From the NCBI GenBank assembly GCA_964513145.1, contig CAZELK010000004.1, forward strand, positions 1 to 64,000: a stretch of DNA of 64,000 nt. The letters run 5' to 3'. The position numbers were made by a program, and so were the translations under genes. The notes beneath the pieces are model-generated. The model did no database searches, was not told where the DNA came from, and saw only the letters and a program-made list of their open reading frames with translations. Shown one piece after another: positions 38,555 through 48,448 of this stretch; position 1 is the stretch's first letter; each line of letters begins with the position of its first letter. This DNA is from Candidatus Woesearchaeota archaeon. Its GTDB lineage: Archaea; Nanobdellota; Nanobdellia; SCGC-AAA011-G17; JACPIM01.

Positions 38555-39447
38555 TTTGTACTACCAATAATCTTCCATGCATCCTTATGCTGTTGTTTTT
38601 TTATTTTTGATTCATAATAAGTATAAAGCCACATATATAAACGGGCTGGAAACAACAGAAATGTGTAATAAAATTCTTTTAAATTTCTAGGATATGTTAA
38701 AGCTATAAATGTTCCTTCTATTATTTCATTTAAAAATGATTTCATTTTAGGTATTTTTTTCCCTTTATACTCTATTTTATCCATGTTTAAATAAGCTTTT
38801 GAAACCCTTTTTTTCTGGGCTATCCAATCTTTAAAATTATCAGGGTATTTTACAAAAACTCTTGCTTTAGGCAGATATTTTAATTTATAGCCTTCAGTCA
38901 TAAAAATAAATGGTATTATGGCATCTTCAGGTATATCTCTATTGAATTCTTTTATTACCTTGTTTCTGAAAGCAAACAAATAGCCGCTTGATGTAAAATA
39001 TTTCCCTAAATTATCTCTTCTTAATCTAGCTATATGGGCTCCATATAATAATAAATGCGACCAATACCCAAGCAAATTATTTTTTTCATTCAATGAAACT
39101 GGATTGCCAGTTACACAGCCAACTTTCGGATCTTCAAATGCTTTTGATATTTCACTTAATGAATTTTCAGAAACAAAAACATCACCATCAGTCAATATTA
39201 ATATATCTGATTTTTTTATTTCTTGAAACAACAAATTTAGGGCGTGCATCTTGCCTTTACCTGGATCCTGAAAATGCATAACTTGTTTATATTCTTTAAC
39301 ATAAGTCATTGCAACATCTGTAGTCTCTTTATCTGGAGAACTAACTATAATTTCGTATTTTTCTTTTACATCTTGTTTTAGAAAAGACTCTATTGCTCTT
39401 CCTATAGTTAACGGCTCTTTAAATGATGTTATAATTATGCTTATCAT
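38551..39447 (-). CDS. Glycosyltransferase family 2
   Basis: ISIIITSFKE, GKMHALN, LTDGD, IPED. Confidence 0.9.
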   Translation of the reverse strand: MISIIITSFKEPLTIGRAIESFLKQDVKEKYEIIVSSPDKETTDVAMTYVKEYKQVMHFQDPGKGKMHALNLLFQEIKKSDILILTDGDVFVSENSLSEISKAFEDPKVGCVTGNPVSLNEKNNLLGYWSHLLLYGAHIARLRRDNLGKYFTSSGYLFAFRNKVIKEFNRDIPEDAIIPFIFMTEGYKLKYLPKARVFVKYPDNFKDWIAQKKRVSKAYLNMDKIEYKGKKIPKMKSFLNEIIEGTFIALTYPRNLKEFYYTFLLFPARLYMWLYTYYESKIKKQQHKDAWKIIGSTK

Positions 39448-39483
39448 AAATTAAGAACTTCAATACCCCATTAATAATATTTT

Positions 39484-40239
39484 CTATTGATCTCTTGTAT
39501 CAAAATTAAATTGACAAGTCTCAGAACCGCAAAAATCAGATTTTAAAACTTTACCATCTTTTATTAATTTTAAACTTTTAACTTCCCAACTCCCAGTGGT
39601 ATCACTTCTAATCGCATACTTTGTGAACTCATCAAGACTTAAAGTTAGGCTGCATTTCATATTATTAAGACCATTATTTGGACATCTTTTTATATCTTTT
39701 ACCCAACCATTTGCTGAAATAGCATAAACATACAGTGGGGACAAAGTATTTACTACTGTGGGAACTTTTTCTGATTCAGCTTCTATAGTGTAGGTTTTTT
39801 CACCGAAAAAATCTTCTGCTAAAACTTTTGACACTTGTGTCTCTATCATGTATTCCTGACTCCCTCTTAATGTACTTAATTTAAATTCACATTTATTTTT
39901 CGATTTACAAAAAACTTCTTTAAAAACAGGGCCTTCGAAATAAGAAATTTTTAACCAGTTAACTAACCAATTATCTGGCGAGATGCTTCTTATATAATAT
40001 GCTTTTCTTTCATCTAAATGTAAGCTAAATCTGCATATGCCAGAATTGTCATCTTTACTTAAAACACATACATTGTTTCCTATAATTTTTATATCTGGAT
40101 TTACTTCATATACATCTAAGTAAACCTTGTTTGTTTGATCAAGTACATTTTTTCCAGTAATTGAATTAACATTAAAAGAAACAAGAGAGATTAATAAAAT
40201 CAAAACAGCCCCTATTAATATCTGATTATCTCTTTCCAT
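39484..40239 (-). CDS. Hypothetical membrane-anchored surface protein with internal duplication
   Basis: N-terminal TM; repeated C.F.L.L....Y.IRS...W.V..LK pattern. Confidence 0.6.
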   Translation of the reverse strand: MERDNQILIGAVLILLISLVSFNVNSITGKNVLDQTNKVYLDVYEVNPDIKIIGNNVCVLSKDDNSGICRFSLHLDERKAYYIRSISPDNWLVNWLKISYFEGPVFKEVFCKSKNKCEFKLSTLRGSQEYMIETQVSKVLAEDFFGEKTYTIEAESEKVPTVVNTLSPLYVYAISANGWVKDIKRCPNNGLNNMKCSLTLSLDEFTKYAIRSDTTGSWEVKSLKLIKDGKVLKSDFCGSETCQFNFDTRDQ

Positions 40240-40362
40240 TTACAACCTCTTTTAATAAGATTAGGTTATTACTTATTTATATATCTTTTTATGGAATTTG
40301 GGCTCAGGCATCTATTATTTTTTATATAAACATTTTTAAAATATCAAGTTTAGTTTCAATAA

Positions 40363-41922
40363 ATGCTTGAAGACAATGTTTTAAATGATAAAGATGCTAA
40401 ACTTTATGATGTTTGCATAGTGATTGATAATGAAAAAGGCAGTCTTAAACAAATAGCTGAAAGATTAAATGTAGATGTTAGAACTGTTGAAAGAAAAGTA
40501 AAAATATTAAATAGATTAGGCATTAAAGTTAGAATAAATAGAAAAGATAAAGATAATAATACAGATTATAATTATTCTTTAGAGGATTATATAGAAGATG
40601 CATTAGTAAAATTAGACAAATATTTTGGGGTTCGCCCTTTTTCAAAACCAAGTTCTCTTCCAAAAGAAGAACAAAAAAAAGTTATAGATACTTATAAAAA
40701 ATTGTTAGATAGCGAAATAGTTCATTGGCCTTATTATTTCTTTGATGATGTAGAAACAAGAGATGAAAAAATAAAAGTAATAATCCCATTTTCTATAGAA
40801 AATGTAATCAAAAGAGAATTGAAAGACGTTTGTCAAAAACATTTGGCTAAAGCAAAATTAAATGCTGTTTGTAGTAAATATTATGGAGCCTCACCCTTTC
40901 TTTTTTTAAAAACTTCCTATACTTGGTTAAAAGAATGGGAGCTTGGTAGAGTAAAAGGAATTTGGAGTGGAAAGAAAGGTAAACAACTTATGAAAGAAGC
41001 TATCAAATGGTTAATTGAAGATGTTTTACATTACTCTTTGGATGAAGTTCCACAAAGAATTAGAGTTAAAGATTTTAGAGACAATAATTTAGGTGGTTTA
41101 ATTCAACAACCACTTTTTCATTTATCTCCATATAAGGCACTTGATTTTGCTTATCCAGATAGATTTAGAAAAGAACAATTTGCATATGCGAAAAAATGGG
41201 AGGGTAAAAGAGGATTAAATCGTGCTGCTAAAGTTACAAGATATATAATTGAAAGAAAACTTGGTATAAATCCCGAAGAAATTCCTAAAGAATTAACTCG
41301 TAATAAATTTCACCAAGCTTTAAGAGAAGATGGGATTAGTGGATTACAACATGCTTTCAATATGAAGTTATATGATATTGTTAATAATGCTTATCCAGGT
41401 AAATTTCAAAGAAGAAATTTTACAAGAGCCTTTTCTTGGAAAAATGATACAAATAAAGAAACTGCTGCAAGAGAATTAAGATATTTTGTTGAAGAAAAAA
41501 AGGGATGGAAAGTTAAAGACTTACCTAAAAAAATTAATCAAGAAGTTTTAGTTGAAAATGGATTTTGGGGGATGTTAACTTCTAAACCTCTAGGTTTCAA
41601 AGGTTCAATATTTGCTGCAATAGATAATGCCTATCCTGGAAAATTTAAAGAATGGCAATTTAAAGGAACAAGAAAGTGGAAAGGAGAAAAAGGAAAGAAA
41701 TTAGCAAGAGACGCTGTAAGATGGTTGGTAGAAGAAAGATACGGCTGGTCAGAAGAAGAGCTGCCTAAAAAAATAAGAGTCTATCATTTTAGACAAAATG
41801 GTTTATCAGGTTTATTAGCGAGTGATGATTTGGGATTAAGAAACTCGCCTTATTTAGCTGTTAATTTTGCTTATCCTGCAAAATATTTTAAAACTGATTT
41901 TCCAACTTGTAAAGGAATTTGA
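40363..41922 (+). CDS. HTH protein with about 4.5 tandem ~72-aa DUF4046-like repeats
   Basis: N-terminal HTH SLKQIAERLNVDVRTVERK; repeats of W.G..G..LA..A.RW..E......E.P......F..NGL.G.L....SPY.A...AYP. Confidence 0.7.
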   Translation: MLEDNVLNDKDAKLYDVCIVIDNEKGSLKQIAERLNVDVRTVERKVKILNRLGIKVRINRKDKDNNTDYNYSLEDYIEDALVKLDKYFGVRPFSKPSSLPKEEQKKVIDTYKKLLDSEIVHWPYYFFDDVETRDEKIKVIIPFSIENVIKRELKDVCQKHLAKAKLNAVCSKYYGASPFLFLKTSYTWLKEWELGRVKGIWSGKKGKQLMKEAIKWLIEDVLHYSLDEVPQRIRVKDFRDNNLGGLIQQPLFHLSPYKALDFAYPDRFRKEQFAYAKKWEGKRGLNRAAKVTRYIIERKLGINPEEIPKELTRNKFHQALREDGISGLQHAFNMKLYDIVNNAYPGKFQRRNFTRAFSWKNDTNKETAARELRYFVEEKKGWKVKDLPKKINQEVLVENGFWGMLTSKPLGFKGSIFAAIDNAYPGKFKEWQFKGTRKWKGEKGKKLARDAVRWLVEERYGWSEEELPKKIRVYHFRQNGLSGLLASDDLGLRNSPYLAVNFAYPAKYFKTDFPTCKGI

Positions 41923-41925
41923 TTT

Positions 41926-42624
41926 TTAAGCACAAAAATTAATTTCTTTTTTTATAATTTTGCCATCTATATCTATAATCCTCTCAATCTTTCCTTTTCT
42001 TTTAGCATTTATTCTTGCTAAAGCCGAATCATTTTTATCTTTTTCATCAACAACCAACTCATTAATAAAAAAAATGTGCTTAATTAAGGCTTTTTTAAAA
42101 TTAGAATCAAAATCAAAAGCAAATTCTTTCACAAAGTTAACATCATCTGCAGCAAATGTACAAAAATCTGCTTTAATTTCATTATTTCTTCCTGGTTTTG
42201 CTGTTTTTGGGGTTTTAACTTTGATTTTTAAAGTTCCATAATCAGTACTAAAACTTAACAAGAAAATAGCATCTGGGAATTTATTGAACAAATTAAACAA
42301 ACTATCTTTTGTAATTTCGTGATCAATTAAAAATGTTTTAATACCAGCAAATTGCTTCACATTTACATCGAAATCCAATTCTTTCCTTATGTCTTTTGCA
42401 GTTATAATTCCACCAGTTATTTTTGTTTTATCTTTAATTGTATTTCCTAAAAATCTTGCAAAATCTTCAGCAAATTCAAAACTTGTTTTAATTTTTACAG
42501 ATTTTTTCCCATTATTTATTTCAACTACAGCCCTATTTTCATAAATTCCTTTACTAAATCTTTTAAAATTTTTATGAACTGATTCATCAATTTTATTTTC
42601 GAAGATTTTTTTTATAAAGTTCAT
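41926..42624 (-). CDS. Conserved hypothetical protein
   Basis: 232-aa ORF with host-like composition. Confidence 0.6.
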   Translation of the reverse strand: MNFIKKIFENKIDESVHKNFKRFSKGIYENRAVVEINNGKKSVKIKTSFEFAEDFARFLGNTIKDKTKITGGIITAKDIRKELDFDVNVKQFAGIKTFLIDHEITKDSLFNLFNKFPDAIFLLSFSTDYGTLKIKVKTPKTAKPGRNNEIKADFCTFAADDVNFVKEFAFDFDSNFKKALIKHIFFINELVVDEKDKNDSALARINAKRKGKIERIIDIDGKIIKKEINFCA

Positions 42625-42830
42625 TTGATTTCTTTTCCTAAATCTTTTAGATCTGCCTTGCCTTTGTCTCTTTTTATAAATTCAGGATCATGAAACATGC
42701 TATAAACAAGCCTTTCTATTCTCTTTAATCTTTCATTTATTAGATCTACCAGCTTTTTAGTTTCTATTTCTTCTTTAATTTTTTTCTTTTCTGCTTCATT
42801 AAACATATACACGACTTCTTTTTTCATATT
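42621..42830 (-). CDS. Small coiled-coil hypothetical protein
   Basis: Likely start MKKEVVYM at 42830, within listed ORF 42621-42959. Confidence 0.45.
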   Translation of the reverse strand, partial: NMKKEVVYMFNEAEKKKIKEEIETKKLVDLINERLKRIERLVYSMFHDPEFIKRDKGKADLKDLGKEIK

Positions 42831-42888
42831 TATAAATAAATCTAAAAATAAAGTTCTTAATATTGCTTTTATTAAGGCAAACAAGAAT

Positions 42889-43116
42889 TTAATTGGTACT
42901 ATTATTGCTTGAATTATTTTTTGGTAACCAGTTTTTCTTTGCGACATATCCTGAAACATCCTTTATATTATAACCTAAATTGTAAACCCAACCAAAATAT
43001 ATTTTTGCAAAAGATTGCAAATCATCTGGTTTTTTCAGATCCAAGTCATTGTACGATTTTATAAAATATGCTCCAATGACTAATAAGATTATAATTATAA
43101 CAATTAATTTTTTCAT
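42889..43116 (-). CDS. Small membrane-anchored protein
   Basis: MKKLIVIIIILLVIGAYF signal/TM. Confidence 0.6.
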   Translation of the reverse strand: MKKLIVIIIILLVIGAYFIKSYNDLDLKKPDDLQSFAKIYFGWVYNLGYNIKDVSGYVAKKNWLPKNNSSNNSTN

Positions 43117-43165
43117 TCAAGGAAAAGATTTATTAAAGAATATAAAGGTTTTTATTAATATATAC

Positions 43166-43271
43166 GCTCCCATAGTCTAGCCCGGTCAAAACTTTTGAAA
43201 AAGTGCCAAAAGATGACTAAGGACGTGAGCCTCTCGCGCTCGAGACCCGAGTTCAAATCTCGGTGGGAGCA
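43166..43271 (+). tRNA. tRNA-Glu(CTC) with a 31-nt D-loop intron (about 43190-43220)
   Basis: Acceptor GCTCCCA/TGGGAGC; D stem GTCT/GGAC; anticodon arm TGAGC-CTCTCGC-GCTCG; T arm CCGAG-TTCAAAT-CTCGG; intron forms a relaxed bulge-helix-bulge. Confidence 0.93.
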
Positions 43272-43367
43272 ATAATATATTTGTGATTTTACAGAGATTA
43301 TTTTAAAATTAGAAAACTCCGGAATTAAGCCAAAAAGCATATAAATATCAAAAAAAGTATAAGAAAG

Positions 43368-43592
43368 ATGGAAAGAAAATTTCATGTATTAATTGAACAA
43401 GACGAAGACGGTGGTTATGTTGGTAAAGTTCCTGAATTAAATGGCTGTCTTAGTCAAGGCGATACTCTAGATGAACTTATGAAGAATATAAAAGAAGCTA
43501 TTGAACTTTGTTTAGAGGTAGAATCTGAAGAAAATGTAAAAGTTACAGAAGAACAGATAAAGTTTGTTGGTGTTCAAGAGATTACATTATAA
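43368..43592 (+). CDS. hicB: HicB-family antitoxin
   Basis: FHVLIEQDEDGGYVGKVPELNGCLSQGDTLDELMKNIKEAI. Confidence 0.92.
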   Translation: MERKFHVLIEQDEDGGYVGKVPELNGCLSQGDTLDELMKNIKEAIELCLEVESEENVKVTEEQIKFVGVQEITL

Positions 43593-43816
43593 TGAAACTT
43601 CCCTTGCTATCTTCTAAGGAATTATGCCACTTTTTGGAAAAAGAAGGTTTTAAATCAATAAGACAAAAAGGAAGCCATATATTTTACAGACATTCTGATG
43701 GAAGAACAACAGTTGTTCCAATGCACAATAAGAAAGACATTAAGAGAAGCTTACTTAGAGAAATTTTGAACGAAATAAGAATGACAAGAGAAGATTTCTT
43801 CAAAAAATATAAATAA
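43592..43816 (+). CDS. hicA: HicA-family toxin
   Basis: GFKSIRQKGSHIFYRH.DGRTTVVPMH. Confidence 0.92.
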   Translation: MKLPLLSSKELCHFLEKEGFKSIRQKGSHIFYRHSDGRTTVVPMHNKKDIKRSLLREILNEIRMTREDFFKKYK

Positions 43817-43845
43817 AAGTGGGCAGTTAACAAATTGTTATATGG

Positions 43846-43889
43846 TCGGTGGGAGCAGATTATCATTTGTTACAGCTTCGGCGGGAGCA
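43846..43889 (+). repeat. Two copies of the tRNA-Glu 3' end (attR-like)
   Basis: TCGGTGGGAGCA (43846-43857) identical to 43260-43271; TCGGCGGGAGCA (43878-43889) with one mismatch. Confidence 0.8.
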
Positions 43890-44064
43890 TACGTACTTTT
43901 TTATTTTGGTTGTTTTCATTTGTACTACTCTTCTTTATATTTTAAATTGGTTTTATAACTTTAGATTTTAGGAGGGAAAAATGAAATAAAAATACCTGAT
44001 CTTAGGAAGACCTGATGAAGATGAAGAAGAATATGATTTTGATGATGATAAATAAATCTTCTGA

Positions 44065-45255
44065 TTAATTATAATTTAATTTTTTTAATTTTTTTAAATC
44101 TTCACAAAAATCCAGTATTTTACGATAATTGAAACCTTTTATACATTCAACCGAGCCCATTGTCGGACCGTAAACAGGCTTGTCAATTCCCCAGAGATCC
44201 AAATATGTTGTGCCTTGCCAATTAGTTTCATAATCACCGAGATCACTCATGCCAATTTTTTTTAATAATTTATTTCTCATGCTTTTTTTCGTATAAACTT
44301 CGTTTTTCAAAAAATCTTCAATTTGAATTTGATATAATAACAATTCTTTATGTATTTCTTTTTCATTATCACTAAAATCTGCTTTTCCTTTTTTTTCCAA
44401 TTCTCTTGATCTTGCTTTTACCAGATTAAGAACATCATTTAAACTTTTTTGAACGAAATTATTAATGTTGCTAAAATCACAGCAATAACTAAGTTCTGCT
44501 GACTTAAAACCAAGGTTTTTAGTGTAATTCGGGTCTTTGCTTAAAAAATCCAAAACTCCGCTGACTAAATCAGGATTATTTTTGAACTTTTCCATAAAAA
44601 CCATAAATGACATTCCCAAAACAGGACTTTCATTTTCATCTTCTGCAGCAACTAAAGGAACGTAACCTATTGAATCATTTAATGTTTTTGAGAAGACATT
44701 TATTGATCTTACTGAACAGTCCAGTAAATAATCCAAATGAACATCAGGGTGGCTTCTTCCATCAGTATTTGATTTCCTAATTACTGTGCAAAAATCTTTA
44801 GTTGTATGTGGGTTTCCAAGCAATAAATGTTCACGAGCATCCATAGCATCATGAATTGGACCTATTATTATTTCATGTGCTACACCAGAATTGTCTTTAA
44901 CATGAATTCTTTTATGTAATTTTGAATTTACCCAGGCCTCAACATTTATTCCAAGTTCATCCATCCTTTCAAAAATTCTTCTATTATAGTCTGAAAACTT
45001 GTCACAAGTATCTTTTTTTAAATTATAAGATTTCATTATTTTTGTTATTAGATTTTTTTCGAAAATTCCTTTTAGAATGTAAACTATTTTTTCTTCATCT
45101 AACATAGGTAAAGCTTCACAAAATTCTTCTAAATACTTATGAGGCCATTTTGGAACTTCTGAATCCATATCAACTTTAGAAATATCTACATTAGCAAACT
45201 CTACAAGCTGAATTAAATTTTTACGTACTTGTTTTGAGTGATCATTCATGTCCAT
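44065..45255 (-). CDS. Hypothetical protein
   Basis: 396-aa ORF; no recognised family. Confidence 0.65.
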   Translation of the reverse strand: MDMNDHSKQVRKNLIQLVEFANVDISKVDMDSEVPKWPHKYLEEFCEALPMLDEEKIVYILKGIFEKNLITKIMKSYNLKKDTCDKFSDYNRRIFERMDELGINVEAWVNSKLHKRIHVKDNSGVAHEIIIGPIHDAMDAREHLLLGNPHTTKDFCTVIRKSNTDGRSHPDVHLDYLLDCSVRSINVFSKTLNDSIGYVPLVAAEDENESPVLGMSFMVFMEKFKNNPDLVSGVLDFLSKDPNYTKNLGFKSAELSYCCDFSNINNFVQKSLNDVLNLVKARSRELEKKGKADFSDNEKEIHKELLLYQIQIEDFLKNEVYTKKSMRNKLLKKIGMSDLGDYETNWQGTTYLDLWGIDKPVYGPTMGSVECIKGFNYRKILDFCEDLKKLKKLNYN

Positions 45256-45351
45256 TAAATTTAATAAGTTCTATTTAAATTTTACTATTTATTAATTACT
45301 ATATAATAATAACATAACTCTTATAAATAAAACTCTTGCTTTTTAGAATAA

Positions 45352-45453
45352 ATGAAGAGAAGCTCTAGAAGATGGAAGAAAAAAGGTCAGATGAGATGGA
45401 AATGGCAGAGAAAACGCATGAGACGAGAAAAGGCCAAGAGAAAAGCCAAATGA
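45352..45453 (+). CDS. rpl41e: Ribosomal protein eL41 (L41e), 33 aa; absent from the ORF track
   Basis: Manual translation MKRSSRRWKKKGQMRWKWQRKRMRREKAKRKAK*, matching the archaeal L41e pattern. Confidence 0.85.
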   Translation: MKRSSRRWKKKGQMRWKWQRKRMRREKAKRKAK

Positions 45454-45577
45454 GCTTTTAAAAAAAGCTTAAGCAAAAACTAAAGAAGAGCTTAAGCAAA
45501 AAATTAATATAAAATTCTAAATAAAACAAAATTATATAAATCTCTTTTTAGATATTTAATTTAAAAGAGCGTGAATA

Positions 45578-46732
45578 ATGAAACATATTTCTGAAAGAGA
45601 AAGAGAATTACCTGATGCAGTTATAGGTGATTTATTAAAAATAGCAAGTGAAAACAAAAATATAATTTCCATGGGTGCTGGACAGCCGGATTTTAAAGCA
45701 CCAAAACCAATTTTAGATTATGCTAAAAAAGTCATTTACAAATCAAGTCCATATTCCAATCCTGCCGGTGTTTTAGAATTAAGAAAATTAATTGCAAATA
45801 AATTAAGAAAAGAAAATAAAATTAAAAATGCAAATGAAGACAATATTATTGTAACTGCTGGAAGCCAGGAAGCTTTATTTGTTTCCCTATTATGCAGCAT
45901 TGATCCTGGAGAACAGGTTATTATTCCAAACCCAGGATATTTGGCTTATGTTCCTGCTGTTGAGTTATTGAATGGAAGCATTTCTTATACAAGATTATTA
46001 GAAGAAGATGGATTTGAAATTGATCCAGAAAAGATAAGGGAAGTTATTGACAAAAAAAAATCCAAGGTTTTAATTTTAAATTCGCCATCCAACCCGACTG
46101 GAAATGTTTTAAGCAGAAAAACTTTGGAAAAAATTGCTGACATAGTCAGGGAATATGATCTGTATGTTTTTAGTGATGAAACTTATGAAAAGTTAGTTTA
46201 TGATAAAAAACATGTTTCTATAGCAAGCTTAAATGGAATGGAAGACTATGCTTTGACTATACAGACTTTTTCAAAAAGTTATGCTATGTGCGGCTTTAGA
46301 CTGGGGTATGCACAAGGACCAAAAGAATTAATTGATGCCATGATTAAAAGCAGCCATTATATTACTTTATGTGCTCCACATATTTCCCAGTTATTAGGTG
46401 TTAAGGCTTTACAAATCTCAAACAAGTATATAGAAAAAATGAGGCTGGAGTATGACAAAAGAAGAAAATATATTGTAAATAGATTAAATGAGTTAGGTTT
46501 GAAAACCAGTACACCTTATGGTGCTTTTTATGCATTTTCAAATATCAAGCATTTAAGCAACAATAGTTATAATTTTTCAAAAGAATTGTTAAATAAAGCC
46601 AAGGTTGCTGTAGTTCCTGGAACTGAATTTGGAATTTATGGAGAGGGATATATAAGATTCAGCTATGCTACAGACTTAAAACTTATTAAAGAAGGATTGG
46701 ACAGAATAGAGAATTTCTTGAATAAAATATGA
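45578..46732 (+). CDS. PLP-dependent aminotransferase class I/II (aspartate aminotransferase-like)
   Basis: NSPSNPTG, SDETY, FSKSYAMCGFRLG. Confidence 0.92.
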   Translation: MKHISERERELPDAVIGDLLKIASENKNIISMGAGQPDFKAPKPILDYAKKVIYKSSPYSNPAGVLELRKLIANKLRKENKIKNANEDNIIVTAGSQEALFVSLLCSIDPGEQVIIPNPGYLAYVPAVELLNGSISYTRLLEEDGFEIDPEKIREVIDKKKSKVLILNSPSNPTGNVLSRKTLEKIADIVREYDLYVFSDETYEKLVYDKKHVSIASLNGMEDYALTIQTFSKSYAMCGFRLGYAQGPKELIDAMIKSSHYITLCAPHISQLLGVKALQISNKYIEKMRLEYDKRRKYIVNRLNELGLKTSTPYGAFYAFSNIKHLSNNSYNFSKELLNKAKVAVVPGTEFGIYGEGYIRFSYATDLKLIKEGLDRIENFLNKI

Positions 46733-47661
46733 AAATTGTAATTGCTTTGGGTGGAAATGCCATTATAAAAAAAGGTGAAAAGGAAACTTATGAAAATTTA
46801 TTGAAAAATATTAAAGATAGCTGTAAAAGTGTTGTAAAAATAATTAAAAAAAATCAGATTGTAATAACGCATGGAAACGGTCCTGAGGTAGGGAACTTAT
46901 TATTGCAAAATGAAATTGCTTCAAAACATGTTCCCCAAATGCCTTTAGATATTTTAAATGCTGAAACAGAGGGTTTTATTGGGTATTTAATACAAGAACA
47001 ATTAAGAAATGAATTAATTAAAAATAAAATTAAAAGAAATATTGCTACTTTAGTTACGCAGACTTTAGTTTCTAAAAAAGATCCTGCTTTTAAAAACCCT
47101 ACAAAATTTGTCGGTCAATTTTATAATTTAAAACAAGCTAATTTGTTGAAAAATAAATTCATTATTAAAAAAGATTCTAACAGGGGATTTAGAAGGGTTG
47201 TACCAAGCCCAAAGCCAATAAAAATAATTGAATCTAATATTATAAATAAACTTGTTGAAAAACATTATATTGTTGTTGCTAGTGGTGGGGGCGGCATCCC
47301 TGTTGTTTTGGAGAAAAATAAATTAACTGGTGTTGAAGCAGTTGTTGATAAAGATTTAAGCTCTGCTTGTTTAGGCAAAAAAATTAAGGCTGATTTATTG
47401 CTGATATTAACTGATGTTGACAAAGTTTACTTGAATTATGGAACCAAAAAACAAAAAGGTTTAACAAAATTAAATATTAAAGAAGCTAAAAAATATTTAG
47501 ATAATGGTCAATTTCCCCCAGGATCTATGGGACCAAAAATTGAAGCATCTATAAAATTTTTAGAGAATAGTTTAATTAAAAAACGACGAGTAATAATTTG
47601 TAATATTGAAAATGCAGAAAAAGCTTTAATTGGAAAAGTGGGAACAACAATCATAAATTAA
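46729..47661 (+). CDS. arcC: Carbamate kinase
   Basis: VIALGGNA, THGNGPEVG, RRVVPSP, EAVVDKD, GSMGPKI. Confidence 0.95.
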   Translation: MKIVIALGGNAIIKKGEKETYENLLKNIKDSCKSVVKIIKKNQIVITHGNGPEVGNLLLQNEIASKHVPQMPLDILNAETEGFIGYLIQEQLRNELIKNKIKRNIATLVTQTLVSKKDPAFKNPTKFVGQFYNLKQANLLKNKFIIKKDSNRGFRRVVPSPKPIKIIESNIINKLVEKHYIVVASGGGGIPVVLEKNKLTGVEAVVDKDLSSACLGKKIKADLLLILTDVDKVYLNYGTKKQKGLTKLNIKEAKKYLDNGQFPPGSMGPKIEASIKFLENSLIKKRRVIICNIENAEKALIGKVGTTIIN

Positions 47662-48360
47662 TCATTTTCCAAATCTTCGATCTATTCTCTCAAATTCTTT
47701 AAGTACATATTCTAAGTCGGATTTTTCAAATTCTGGCCAATATTTACCCAAGAAAAATATTTCTGCATAACTAGCTTGCCATAACAAGAAATTAGATACT
47801 CTTCTTTCTTTACCTGTTCTAATTACTATATCAACATCGCTATTTAAATATAAATTATTTTTAATTTCTTCTTCTGTTATTTTATCCAATGACAATTTTC
47901 CAGTAAGAACTTTTTGCGCCATTGCTTTGAATGCGTCTGTTATTTCTTCTATCCCACCATAAGCTAGGGCGATGTTTATTGTTAATTTAGAATGAGACTT
48001 TGTTAATGACATTAATTCATGCATTCTGTCTTGCAAAGATACAGGCAGCTTGTTTAAACGCCCAATGTAGTTTATTTTTGTATTTTTTTCTCTTAGCTCT
48101 TCGTAATTATTTATCAATTTAATGGCTTCAGTTTCAATTAAAGCAAATAAATAAGATTTTTCTTCTTCTGATCTTTTTGAAAAATTTTGTTCTGAGAAGC
48201 CATATAAAGTCAATTCGGGGATTTCAAAATCTCTAAACCAGGTTATTAATTGAGATACTTTTTCAGCACCTTTTGCATGCCCTTCTTCTTTTTTAAAACC
48301 GTTTTCTTTAGCAAATCTTCTATTGCCGTCAGGTATTATTGCAATATGCCTTGGTTTCAT
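47662..48360 (-). CDS. uppS: cis-prenyl (undecaprenyl/polyprenyl) diphosphate synthase
   Basis: HIAIIPDGNRR, IRTGKERRVSNFLLWQ..YAE. Confidence 0.95.
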   Translation of the reverse strand: MKPRHIAIIPDGNRRFAKENGFKKEEGHAKGAEKVSQLITWFRDFEIPELTLYGFSEQNFSKRSEEEKSYLFALIETEAIKLINNYEELREKNTKINYIGRLNKLPVSLQDRMHELMSLTKSHSKLTINIALAYGGIEEITDAFKAMAQKVLTGKLSLDKITEEEIKNNLYLNSDVDIVIRTGKERRVSNFLLWQASYAEIFFLGKYWPEFEKSDLEYVLKEFERIDRRFGK

Positions 48361-48448
48361 GCAATTTTTTGCTATAAACCTGTATTTAAGACTAACTATT
48401 GCAAAATTTTAAATACAACTTAAGCAACTTTATTTTAAGAGGTGCAAT

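Noticed and set aside
43155-43385. 76-aa minus-strand ORF
   Set aside because: Antisense shadow of the tRNA-Glu gene
45453-45505. Duplicated AGCTTAAGCAAAAA and a short hairpin after rpl41e
   Set aside because: Low-complexity A-rich sequence, at most a terminator region
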